NCBI RefSeq assembly: GCF_009914755.1
Contig: NC_060929.1
Direction: 5' to 3' (one strand)
DNA: 64,000 nt
Source: the human T2T-CHM13v2.0 reference genome, Homo sapiens
In this document: in pieces, positions 15,799 to 39,562 of the stretch
Position numbering within the stretch: position 1 is the stretch's first letter
Layout: every line of letters starts with the position of its first letter
Notes under the pieces: generated by a model
What the model was told of the DNA's origin: nothing
Seen by the model: the letters and a program-made list of their open reading frames with translations, nothing else
Databases searched by the model: none
Program-made: the position numbers and the translations under genes

Positions 15799-18700
15799 CT
15801 TTAAGATACGGATGTTCGATACCTGAAAATAGAAGGGAACACACAAATGTGATTTAAATCCATTTTAAAATTGACTGGATGGTGTCATGAATAGGAGCTT
15901 GGTTGGGCTCTGGGGTCAAACAGAATTAGGCTTGATTCCCTGCTTCCCCACTTTTCAGTTATATGACATTGGGCAAATGATATTACCTCTCAACACCTCA
16001 ATTTTTTCATATACAAAATGGTGAAAATAATTGTATATCTTTTCCACTTGTCATGAGGATTAAACTGGAGAACAAGGGTAAAGCATTTAGCTTATAGGGT
16101 AAAGTACTCAAAAGACCTTAACAAAAAAAGATTATTTGATCTTTTGCCTATCAGTCTAGTAAGAAAGAACCAGAATTGCTATAGCAATGCTCCTAGACTT
16201 TAAGGGTCTTCTGTTGGAGCAAAATAGCATAAGAAAAAAAGAAAAAACAAAAGGATTAGCCAAGAACAACTTGCATCTGTTTAAGTGAATCTCATGGTGG
16301 ATGGTCTGTGCAGAAGCGGCCACCTCAGCAATGTTAGTTGATGGAGATTAAATCTCCAGTCTCCCTGGTGGATATTTTGCCATTATATTTTATCCTTTTG
16401 AACACTGAACATCAAATAACTTCAGGAGCCATTATTTACAGAGAAAATATTCCTGTGTAGAATTAACATGAAAATTTATATTAGCGAACAACTATTTATC
16501 CATGAACACTTGAGCAGAAATTTGTAAAACCAACGAGATAATAATTTTGAGTTATGTTTATGGAACACTTACTTTTGTCAGGAATAGGGATAAATGCTGT
16601 AGGCATAATCTTATTTAACTCTGACAATCACTTTTTCTTGTGAGATACATTCTATTATCATCCTCATTTTACAAATGAGGACCTTGTGACTTGGAGGAGT
16701 TCTAAAAGTGCTCAAGTCACACGCTAGGAAGGGACACAGCCTAGACTTCAACCCTATAGGGCTGACCCTGTAACTTCTATTATTCTGCCTCCTCTAAGCA
16801 GATGGGAGCAGTGGGCAAAGAAGGGCTACAGCAGTGACTCGGAGATGAAGGGGAGTTAAACTTTATTCCATGTTGGCATTTTGCTCAGTTTTCAGGGACA
16901 GGGTGGAGCCGTGCATAGCCCAAAGCTGTCTGGTGCTGCAGGCAACTCCAGGGAGTGTTCAGCTTTGGGGACAGGGTCAAGGACCACTGTCCTAGAAAAA
17001 AAGGATAGGAAATGTTTTCACAGTTACATGATGGAACCCGAGGTGACTGCAGGATTAATAATAATAATAATGATAATAACAATAATAAATAGATAATTCA
17101 GCAATCATCCATTGAGCACTCATCATATTCCAGACCCTAGAGTACAAAGAGGAGAAAGCAAGGCGTTCAGGAGGGGATTGCAATTGATGTGGGAGGAAAG
17201 ACAGGTAAACATATGGTTTTGAAGCTCCATGAGTAGTGCTGTGATAGAGTTTGTGAGGGCATTGCAGAGGAAGGAATGGTCCAGAGAAGTTGAGGTTTTC
17301 TGGGATCCCATAGACCTTGTTCCAGTATCTCCTCTGCCACTTCCTAGCTAGCTCTGTGACCTTAGGCAGATGAGCTAACCTCTCTGTCTCAATTTCTTCA
17401 GTTATAAAGAGGATAAAATCTCTCCTGCAATGTTGTGGAAAGTGAAGTGTGTAGGTGTGTAGGTCAGCAAGGTGGAGCTATTCTTTTTTTTTTTTTTTTT
17501 TGGAGACAGTGTCTCACTCTGTTTCTCAGGATGGAATGCAGTAGTGCCATCGTGGCTCACGGCAACCTCTGCCTCCCGGGTTCCAGCAATTCTCCTGCCT
17601 CAGCCTCCTGAGTAGCTGGAACTACAGGCGTGCGCCACCACACCAGGCTAATTTTTGTATTTTTAGTAGAGATGGGGTTTCACCATGTTGGCCAGGCTGA
17701 TCTTGAACTCCTGACCTCAGGTGATCCACCCGTCTCAGCCTCCCAAAGTGTTGGGATTACAGGCGTGAGCCACCGTGCCCGGCCAGGTGGAGCTGTTCTT
17801 ATTAGCAGTCCTAAGAAAGAGCCATATTTCCTACAGAGATCAGGGTGACCTTCACATATTATAGAAGGTGAGTTTTGAGCTGGTTCTTAAAAGATTGTAG
17901 GAATCGGTCAAGCACACAGTGGAGAGAACCCAAAATAATAACAAGGGCCAAGATGTCATAGAATGGAAAGGTATGAAATTGTCAAGAAACTGAGACATAT
18001 TCAAGGAACTTCTGAAGAGGTAGGGGTGGGGATTTGAGATGGGCGGTGCAGAAGCTGAGCATGACCATGCCGTGAGGTCTGACCATGCCGTGAGGGCTTT
18101 GTTTGCCCAGTTTAGAACCCTGGCCTTTGTCCTGAAAAGATGCAAAACGTTTGATGGGTTTAGACAGAAGGATCACAGGATCAGACCTAACCAGCCAGAA
18201 GAGTGCATTGTTGGCTGAGATAGTCTAGAAAATTCTAGAGAAGGAAGCTCTCTTTTGCAGGAGAAAGGAAATGCACACTTTTTTACTTTTCTTGTGACGG
18301 CTTATAAATAACCAGGCTAGCAGACAATACCACAGAGCTTTCTGTTCCATTTTCTCTGAAAGCTGCCTGCAATGAATTAAGCTGACGTGCTCCAAATTCC
18401 AAGTCTCTAGGATAAGTGCTTCATCCCCCATCTTGCTGCATCCAACCTCTGACAGGTCTCAATAAATGTTAAGCAATAATCATTACAGCTAAATGTTCAG
18501 GGCTGCTGATGTAAGCATTGGATAGTGGCTGCCTGGAATTTTAACAGCAGCACTACTAACTCATATTATTTCTACCAAACCCAGGGCAGGAAAGGAGGAA
18601 ATCCAAAGATAAAGGGACAATCCAAGTTCAAGTCAGTGCTATAGTGGGATGATTTATCCAACTGCTTTACCACATTAAACTTTCACATAAAGTTTCAACT

Positions 18701-18812
18701 CTCCTAGACTAACAACAACGACAACACCCACTTCAGTGTAGTGCAGAAGCCTCAGTGATCTCAAAACAATTATTGTTAAAAATGATCACAAAAATAAAAT
18801 CCGTAAGGCTAG

Positions 18813-19130
<318 letters not shown>

Positions 19131-19265
19131 TAGTGGCTCATATCTATAATGCCAGCATTTTGGGAGGCCAAGATGGGAGGATTGCTTGAGGCCAGGGGTT
19201 CTAGACTAGTCTGGGTAACAAAGTGAGACCCTTGTCTCTACAAAAAAATGATGACAAAAAAATTA

Positions 19266-19406
<141 letters not shown>

Positions 19407-19884
19407 CTAAAAAAAAAAAAAAAAAAAAATCCCTCACTCTCTTTTGATAAATCAACTGTGATAAACACTCAGCAATCATTTAATGTTTGATCAAATGACT
19501 AAGCTCCTTTCCATTTTTGAAACCCTATGACTGTATCTAAACATGAGAAGAAAGTCAATTTAAAGTCAGTTGCAGAAGCATTTTAGTAAATCTATACCCC
19601 TTAAAGCTGATTTATAGGCTGAAAACACTTGGGAAATTTATCTTATCATGACTCAGTTGCCTAGAATGGCTCCTAGTTATAATCAGCACTCAGAAAAATT
19701 GGTTGAAAAAAATATTTGATATAGGCAGATTCCATTGGAGAAATTCACCTTCCCCTTTCTGCTATTCTGCTGTCCCAGGATTTTTCTAGTTATTTCATTG
19801 TGTAAGTGAGCAAATCCCCAAACCACGTTTATTGAATTTCTTTTTATTTCAAATAAGATGGAAATTTTTGGGTGGCACATGTGT

Positions 19885-20660
<776 letters not shown>

Positions 20661-21173
20661 GAGACAGGCCAAGGCTGTCTTTGGAACGGAAAAAGAACAA
20701 GATTTTCAGATTTTCACATGATTTTCATAACAGAAGGTATTCGTTTGGCCGGGACAGGCCTAACTCTGGAAAACAGGATGGGTTGAGGCCCTGAAGTGTC
20801 AAAAGGTGGCAGACCACTGTGTTCCCTTCCTGATCCTTCTGCAGAAAAAAATGCAAACACTACCCATGCCACCAGCCAAGTGCTTCAGTGCTTTGTGGAG
20901 GAAGCAAAATCTTGACTGGAGTTTTTCTCAGACATCAGGAAACAGCCTTAATGTGCTTATCCATATTTATCCTGTGCCTAAATATGTATACAAATATGAG
21001 TGAGGGAGCCATATTCTACTTCAAAGGCTTCAGGCACTGGGCACATGTCAAAGGGTGAAGAGAGTCAAAATCAACTGCATATTAAACGCAAAGGAATTTT
21101 GCTCATTCTGAAAAAATATATGGCCCTTTTCTACTTTTTAAAAAAACATATTGCAGCTGGGCACAGTGGCTCA

Positions 21174-21520
<347 letters not shown>

Positions 21521-21674
21521 CTACTCTTAGAGAAAAATGGCTTCAAGAAATAAATTATTTTTTCTCTTAATCCTACTGTAAGAAAAACAACTGAAAGATG
21601 TTTATAAAGCCTGTCTGACACTCCATGGAGAGACGGTGGAGTGGTGTGGACTGGACTGAACTGAACTGGGGACA

Positions 21675-21895
21675 GTGGTGTCTAAGTGGACAGTGGTTAC
21701 TCAGATCCAGCCAATTATTGCCATTTGGGAATTTGGGTTTAGTGTTGCCAGATTTTCTAGTTTTTCGAGAGAAGCTAGAATTCTAGATTTTTATATAAAA
21801 TTTCATAATTTAAAAATATTGACAATTTACTTAAAAACAAGCCAAGGTACTGTGGCACCGAACAGGTTTCGGAAGCTGTTTTGCAGCCTCTGCTT
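21675..21895. mobile_element. MER103-like hAT-Charlie fossil
   Basis: agtgttgccagattttctagtttttcgagagaagctagaattctagatttttatataaaat. Confidence 0.55.
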
Positions 21896-22222
21896 TTGAA
21901 CAATGGTTCAAAGAATCACCTGTGGATCTTTTTTTTTTTTTCTGTAGAGATGGGGATCCTGCTACATTGACCCCCTGCCTCAACCCTTCAAAGTTCTGAG
22001 ATTACAAGTGTGAGTCACTGTACCCAGCCTATGGATCATTTAAAAAATAAAAATAAATTCTTTAGTGCGATAAATTTATTTATAAGGTGGGGAATAGATA
22101 CATATACATTTGTATAAAAATATAAATTCTATGCCAGGCGCGGTGGCTCACGCCTGTAATCCCAGCACTATGGGAGGCTGGGACGGGTGGATCACGAGGT
22201 CAGATCGAGACCATCCTGGCTA

Positions 22223-22462
<240 letters not shown>

Positions 22463-22478
22463 CTATATCTATCTATCA

Positions 22479-22856
<378 letters not shown>

Positions 22857-23417
22857 TCATATCTAAAAATGGAGACATATATGTGGGTAAAATATCTCTG
22901 GAAGGATAAACAAAAAATGCATTTTTTTTTTTTTTGACATTTAGCTTTGGATGAGGGGCACTGGATAGCTGGGGAAGACGCAAGAGGGAGAATTGCTTTA
23001 CAACCCTTTGGTATGTGTTGAGATCTAACTCACAAATGTGCAAATGTGTTACCTTTCTACATGTGTCCACACAAGGCATGGCCATTTTCCCTGTTCCCTC
23101 ACCAAGATTTTGGTTCAGTAGGTCTGGGGTGGAGATTGAATGCCTGATTTAAAAACAATCACACAAACAAACTCCTCACAGGTATTTGCCACACACTAGT
23201 TAAGAATCCTTGCTAGTGGAAATAGTAATATTCTTGCTCCAATCTGGTACATACCACACATATTTGCTGGGGAGATGAGAAGGCACATATTTGTACTTGA
23301 TGATTACTTGAAGAGGGGAGAAGCAGAATGTTTTCACAGCTCAGAAATCTCAAATCCAGTGCACTTTGGGAGAAAAGGTGGCTCTAATCACTCATTTTAT
23401 TCTCACCCTGCCTTCTA

Positions 23418-24227
<810 letters not shown>

Positions 24228-25559
24228 TCACTCACCGAAATACCGACCCCCTATTCCACATGCTTCATCAGGTTTTCTGAGATCCTTCCTAGATACCTCC
24301 AAAGCCTTCTCAAGTTAAAGGCAGTGTGAAGAACTCACAGTACCCCTGGCAATCCCGCCCAGAAGAGGCTCTTTACCATGGGCAGTCTTTGCCCAAGGAG
24401 GACGTTTCTTAGATTTTTCTTGCTCCTTCAGGGGATATCCTTTCAAAATTTACACCTAGATCATCTGTTTTCAACAAGAGGTTAACTAAACTGAAAATTA
24501 GCTGAAAGTGTTGTTCTCACATCTCAAGGACAGTCAGTAGGCACGCAAGTTGAAGTCAGAGATGAAGCCTAAGGGTTTGAGTTCAGGCTTCAATGAGCAG
24601 AAGGATGGAGGAGGTTGCTGAGGTGGGGGGAATGTGGTTTTAGGCTTTCTCTGACAGAGATCCTAGAAAACCTGGACCGAGTGCTGACCGACTGACATTA
24701 TCCCCCTCAGAGACCCCTCCCCATTTTAAACTAAAACTTTCCTATCGAAAAGTACTTTTAAAAAAAGTATGCTGAAGAACAGGTACGGTGGCTAATGCCT
24801 ATAATTCCAGAACTTTGGGAGGCTGAGGCAGGAGGATCACTTGATGTCAAGAGTTTGAGACCAGCCTGGGCAACATGGCAGGATCTCATCTCTAGCAAAA
24901 AAAAAAAAAAAAAAAAAAAACAAAAAAAAAAACAAAAAAAAAAACAACCAAGGAAAGAAGCTTTAGTCTGGGCTCCAGCGAGGGAAGAGGAGGAGTGCAT
25001 GACCAAGGTCGGGCGTGGCTGCAGAAGAAAGTGAGCAATGCCCAATGCGCAGGCAAATTATAAAGGAAAAAGGCCAGCAGTTGTCGAGAGGTTCCCTGAG
25101 GCAAGATTCTGTTTGTGTTCCTTAGAAAATTCTGTGTGATTCTCTTTTGAGGCTCCAATTGACTTAATGCTTTCTGCGGTATGAATTAACGATGAAACCT
25201 GACCCGTGTGTGTGCCCCTGAGTCAGATTGCAACACTACTTTCTGGAGTGAGATATCGCAATCTGCAATTTGAAAAACATCACCACTTATTTTGGATGCA
25301 TATAATGAATGTTTTCTCTACAGGTCACACAGTGCATCCTTTGAATTTTTATTCCATGATGTAGTCTTATCTTTATTCTTTCACCTTCCAATGGGCTTTT
25401 TGAAATACTGAATTCTAGACTCCTAATACCACCAGAGAGAGAGCCCCAGGGCACTTCCGACGCTCAAGTTTCCCTATAAAGAATATGTCTGTGTGAATTG
25501 ATGCTATTGCAGCATCTTGTGTAAGCCATCTCCTCCTCCTGTTACAGCTTGTGCTTTAG

Positions 25560-28710
<3,151 letters not shown>

Positions 28711-29043
28711 TCAAATTAGGCAAAAGAGGGATTCAGAGGATTTGCCAAAAAGGGAAGAGGAAAGAGAGAAAAGGAAAGAAGAGATTCAAGTTCAGTGAAT
28801 ATTAGGCTGATGGATTTGGATTCACTACTATCATTTTGCTCCAAGAGCACTTTATTCTGTGTTAGATAATGGCAAACGTTAATTATAGAATCATTTAATG
28901 TCTTTAATACTATGTAACATTAATTATATTATAAAAGTATAATAATATTATTATTGGTTTGCACCTTGGCAATTTAAAACATTTCATCCAAATTTATAAA
29001 TAGTTGAGAAGAATAGAAAAATAACTGGCTCCTGTTGTACTCA

Positions 29044-29352
<309 letters not shown>

Positions 29353-29399
29353 TTAAATGAGCCCGAAGGATGATGGTGGACATGTGTAGGGGCCTCTCC

Positions 29400-30280
<881 letters not shown>

Positions 30281-30434
30281 AGTCCTTCATGGCTAGGCAC
30301 AGTGGCTCACGCCTGTAATTCTGGCACTTTGGGAGGTTGAGGCAGATGGATCATCTGAGGTCAGGAGTTCAAGAGCAGCCTGGCCAACAAGGCAAAACAC
30401 TGTCTCCATTAAAAATACAAAAATTAGCCAGTCA

Positions 30435-30593
<159 letters not shown>

Positions 30594-30659
30594 TCATTGG
30601 CCAAAAGGTATAAAAATATTCACCAGTATTTAAACCTTTATTAAACTGTATAACCAGTG

Positions 30660-32015
<1,356 letters not shown>

Positions 32016-32487
32016 AGAACACCAGTATTCTAGATTTATTTGGTTTAAAAATAAAAAACCATGGCTGAGCACTGTGGCTCATGCCTGAAATCCCAGCACT
32101 TCGGGAGGCAGAGGTGGGAGATTGCTTGAGCTCAGGAGTTCGACACCAGCCTGGGCAACATGGCAAAACCCAGTCTCTACAAAAAAAATATAAAAATTAG
32201 TTGGATGTGATGGGTACGTGCCTGTAGTCCTCGCTTCTCAGGAGGTTGAGGTGGGAGGATTGATTGAGCCTAGAGAGGTTGAGGCTTCAGTGAGCCGAGA
32301 TCCTGCCACCACACTCCAGCCTGGGCAATGGAGCGAGACCCTGTCTCAAAAAACAAAAACTAAACAAACAAAACCTGTGTGTGTGTCTATATGCGTATTT
32401 TGGTATGTGCAGTGAGGTCAGAGCCAATTTGACTGTTTTTGTAATTACATAGCCAACTTTTCTCAACACCATTTTTTTTTTTTTTGA

Positions 32488-32760
<273 letters not shown>

Positions 32761-33141
32761 TAACACCATTTCTTCATGTGGTGGGATTATATTTTAAGAT
32801 CCTGATCTCTATACATATTTTCTACCTCGCCTCTTTCCCCTATTTAAGGGGATGGTTGACTTTGTGCTCAACCTCAGGGGAGGAATATTGCAAAGTCAGG
32901 AAGGGAAAAGTATTTTTGCTTTCAAAAGCCAAGCTTGGGACTGAGAGCAACTTCAGAGCAAAGGGAAAATACTTAACTAAACATCTGAATGGAAATGGCT
33001 CCCCCAGCACTGGAAAGGTGGTCCCCCTTCAATGGACGAGGTGGGACAGCTGGGCATGGTGGCTCACACCTGTAATCCCACCACTTTGGGAGGCCAAGGC
33101 AGGCGGATCACGAGGTCAGGAGATCGAGACCATCCTGGCTA

Positions 33142-33297
<156 letters not shown>

Positions 33298-33784
33298 CTA
33301 GCCTGGGCGACAGAGGGAGACTCCGTCTCAAAAAAAAAAAAAAAAAAAAGATGGTGTGACAAGAGCATAAAGGACCACTGGACTCAGGAGCAAAGGGGTC
33401 AAGAACCTTGCTTCACTAGCAGAGATACTAGGAGCGAGGGATGGGGAATGTCTGTGGTTTGTCTAGGCAATGGGACCACAGGCAGGCCAAGATGGCGCCC
33501 GTGCCCAAGCACAGCACTGACACAGCTGAACATCATCTGACCTGAAGGGATAAGGACAGAAGACGAGGGGCCATCCTCCATCTCTATTCCTATACACCCA
33601 TTGTATAAAATTCCAGAACCAAGGCACACACAATAAGGCAAGTGGGGTGGGGGGCTTTAAAAGACGAGTTTAGGTTTCCTACTAATCTAGTGAGATAACT
33701 CAAAAATAGAAATTAGGTTAAATTATAGATAAAAATCATTATAACTTTTAAAACTCTGGGCTGTAAAATAACATAAATACTTGA

Positions 33785-34080
<296 letters not shown>

Positions 34081-34766
34081 TGAGCCACCACACCCGGCCA
34101 GTGTTCCACCACTTTTTAAAAAAGATTGTATGCTCCACGTGGGAGGGGAATGGGAGCCTTTCACTCACTGTGTGGTTCTGGCACATATAGAGGCTCCCAA
34201 CAAGAAGGTCGAATAAATTGGTACTTTTGTGATACTGCTTTCTTTATTGTACCAAAGACAAAATAATTCTGGGTAGAATTAGACCCTGAATTTTTTTAAC
34301 TCTGTGAGTAGAAATAAGAATTTCCACTATTCATTTAAAGAGCACCTACTGTTTTCTAGGAGGTCAAGGCTTGGCTTTGTCTTGGATGAAGGACTCTGCC
34401 TGTGTTTTGGTAACCTGTCCCAGTGGGTTTTTAAGTGTGCCTAATGTACAGCAAATACTTCGATCTAAAACAGAAGTTTGAGAAGCTGAAGCTTAGCTGA
34501 AGCATATAAAAAGTCAACTTGCTGGGAGATAGAGTTGCATCTCTGAAGATTATGTTTACTCTAAAAAAATGTTTCTTAAGTGTAGATTTATAGCTGCTCT
34601 GTGCCTATGCATTATTATTTTTGGAAGCTGTGGACTTGTAGTAGCTTAGGCAGTTGCCAGCAGGAGATCAGAGTTTGAGAGCTTGGAGGTGGCCTAAAGA
34701 CGATTAGCCCTGGCCATCAGGTCATCCTGGAAAATACTGTGAAAAGGTACTGGACGTTTGATTCTA

Positions 34767-34907
<141 letters not shown>

Positions 34908-34910
34908 CTA

Positions 34911-35521
<611 letters not shown>

Positions 35522-36913
35522 TGACTATCCCTCTGGTAAGTCACTCGGGAAATGGGCAGTCCTGGGGCAGGAAAGGAGGTCATGGAAGACCTCTCCTCAG
35601 CCTTGTGCAGGGCCTGAACCTTGGGCAGAAGGGCACTTCTGAGAGGGCCAGGTGGTCTCTCAGGCCTGGAGGCAGCCTGGCAGCTGGACAGAGAAGGGCT
35701 GGGTTGGGTATATCTGTGAACGGGGTTGGACATGAGTATTTGGAGAGCATATATGTATGTATATTGTGTGGCCCCAGAATTACCAGGTACAGATTGTATC
35801 TTCTGTCAATTAAACACCTTTTTCCTGTTATGCTAGAAGCAGCAATTTTATAACACGTAATAGGGCCATGTATTTTTCAACACAGTGATCAATCACACTG
35901 CATATTTGAATGTGGCAGATGTGATTAGTTCCATTCTATGTGAGAGAGGTCTCCAGGAGACATTTATTCTGAAACAGGACGGGTCCCCAGCAGATTATGT
36001 CCTCCCATTTAGACAGTGTATTGCCAATAAATTCAGCAGATGGAGGGCTGGATGTTGATCTAGTCAGGCTTACCAACATGTGATGATTCACTCAGAAGCT
36101 TTGTGAAATACTCCTTCATGACAATTACTAAGACCGACTGTTTAAATTCCTCTGACCATCAACATGGAAGCGATCCAGAAGAACAGGGTTTTGCTGAGTA
36201 ACGAGGGGAGCATATAGATAATCTCTAATATACTCATGTCCTTGGGGCCAGTCTGTGGTACCTAATTTCAAGTTGTCTAAACTTTAGCTCCTTCTTATCT
36301 CTAAGCTTCAGGATGTCCTGCAAACACAGCCAATCTGCCTCAGCTGTCACAGCAGGGGGCTAAAGGGCAGGGCCCATGATTCAGAAGGAATTCAGCAGAG
36401 ACAAGAGTGGGCGGATGTGGTGGCCGCTGAATGGCAGGAGATAATGGGTCCAAGGATGCAGCGTTGGTTGAGCTATCAGTGACTGAGGAATGATTAATGA
36501 AACATGTAAACATTCCCCAGAGAATTCCCAGAAATACACAGAGAGCAGGACTTGGTAACAGACTTTCCTCTCTGAAGACAAGTAAACTGCATATTAAAGC
36601 GGACTGTGACCTCATAGACTGATGAAATTTGAAACACTTAAGCTACATATGCTGCTTCTGGGTTATGTGTTCTGTGTCATATCTTAGGTAAGTACTACAA
36701 TGTTTTAAGTACCATAGACTTATGATGTGTTTTACTATCTGGGAGGCCTAGTTCTTCATATTTTCCTTCTACCTCTTTTTATTACTACTTTACTTTTCTT
36801 TCCTTTTCACAAAAACTTTCAATAGGAAAAACTTTCACTAAAAAAGAGAAGAAGGAAAGGGAAATCACAATTATTGTAAATACTTAAAGCACATAAACCT
36901 GTGCAAACTTTGA

Positions 36914-37171
<258 letters not shown>

Positions 37172-37636
37172 TGATCTACCTGCCTCAGCCTCCCAAAGTG
37201 CTGGGATTATAGATGTGAGCCACTGTGCCTGGCCCTGAAAAATTCAACTATTAACAGAAGCTTATAGCTTCAGCATGAAGGCAGAATTTCATGTTTTGCT
37301 GCAGAAAACGTGGAAAAAAATGGAGGCTAGGATTTGATCAGTACATGAGGCCTCTGAATTGAGTACTGGATTGGAAAGGACTCTTCTGGATATTTTACTT
37401 CCTTTTGAACTCTCCTTATCTTTGTACTTTCTTTTTTCCCCTTAGTTTTACTTTCCACCATGAGGCCTAGAGAATTGGATTTTCTTTGCTAAGTGGGTGG
37501 TATTGCAAAATGGGAACTATTCTGTTCAAAGCTGGTTCTAGGAGTGTTTTGAAGTAGATGAACTTTCCCTCAGCCTGCCTTTCTGAAATTTGTTCTTTTT
37601 TTAAAAAATGGTTAATTCACTTTTTTCCTAATGTAG

Positions 37637-38048
<412 letters not shown>

Positions 38049-38132
38049 TAAAGTCATTTAACCATCTCCAACTTCTGAGACCTATGTAGAACTCCCCATT
38101 TTTTCCCTGAGTTAAAAGAATTTCAGGTATTA

Positions 38133-38198
38133 ATAGAGAAGATTAGCGTGGCCCCTGCGCAGGGATGACACACAAATTTGTGAAGTATTCCATATTTT
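38133..38198 (+). pseudogene. U6 snRNA retropseudogene, 5'-truncated
   Basis: agagaagattagcgtggcccctgcgcagggatgacacacaaatttgtgaagtattccatatttt matches the 3' part of U6; A/T tail; 17-bp TSD aaaagaatttcaggtat (38114-38130, 38216-38232). Confidence 0.93.
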
Positions 38199-38213
38199 AT
38201 AAAATAATTTTTA

Positions 38214-38615
<402 letters not shown>

Positions 38616-39340
38616 CTAATTTTGCACTTCAATACAAGAGGATAAAGAAACCAGAGTGCTCAAGTCTATACTTATTTTTGATAGTCTTGTTTGTTGTTAT
38701 ATTTTTCTTACATTTCCATTGACTCAGTGCCTAACCAAAACAGTTTAGATAAGCAGGGCATTATAGATGAAAAGCTACAAGTTTGAAAGACAGGTGTACA
38801 AATCTTCATTTAGTATCTAACTAGCTCTGACAGAAGTCTTTTTACCTTTTTGGACCTAGCTTCCTTTTTCAGACAATACATCTTTGATGATCGAAAACAA
38901 CAACAACCTGATACAGTTCCTTGCAGTTCTAAAAGCCCAATAGTCCAGAATACAAAGTCTCTATTATGTTCTTCTCTGGATAAAAGAACTTGTGGACTTT
39001 ATAACATAATCCAAGAATGAAGAAAAAAAAAACAACCAAAACCTACCTTTAGGAACAAAGAGGGCACATAGCAGGAAGCTGAAATACAGAACGTCTTCTG
39101 AGAACACAGAGAACATTTAGCAAAAAGTGGAAAATCTGACAACACTGTACAGTCGCAGTCTTCCTCTCCATAACAATAATTTTTTCTCCTCTCACTAAAA
39201 TAGAGCAATTTTTATTGTCACAAGCCCATGTGTATTACTGGCAATAGGGATATAGCTGTATAGGACACCTCCTTAAACATCTCCTTTATTTTAAGATTCA
39301 GTTAGGGGGAAATGACTAGTTTCCCAGCACTTTCTGGTTA

Positions 39341-39562
<222 letters not shown>

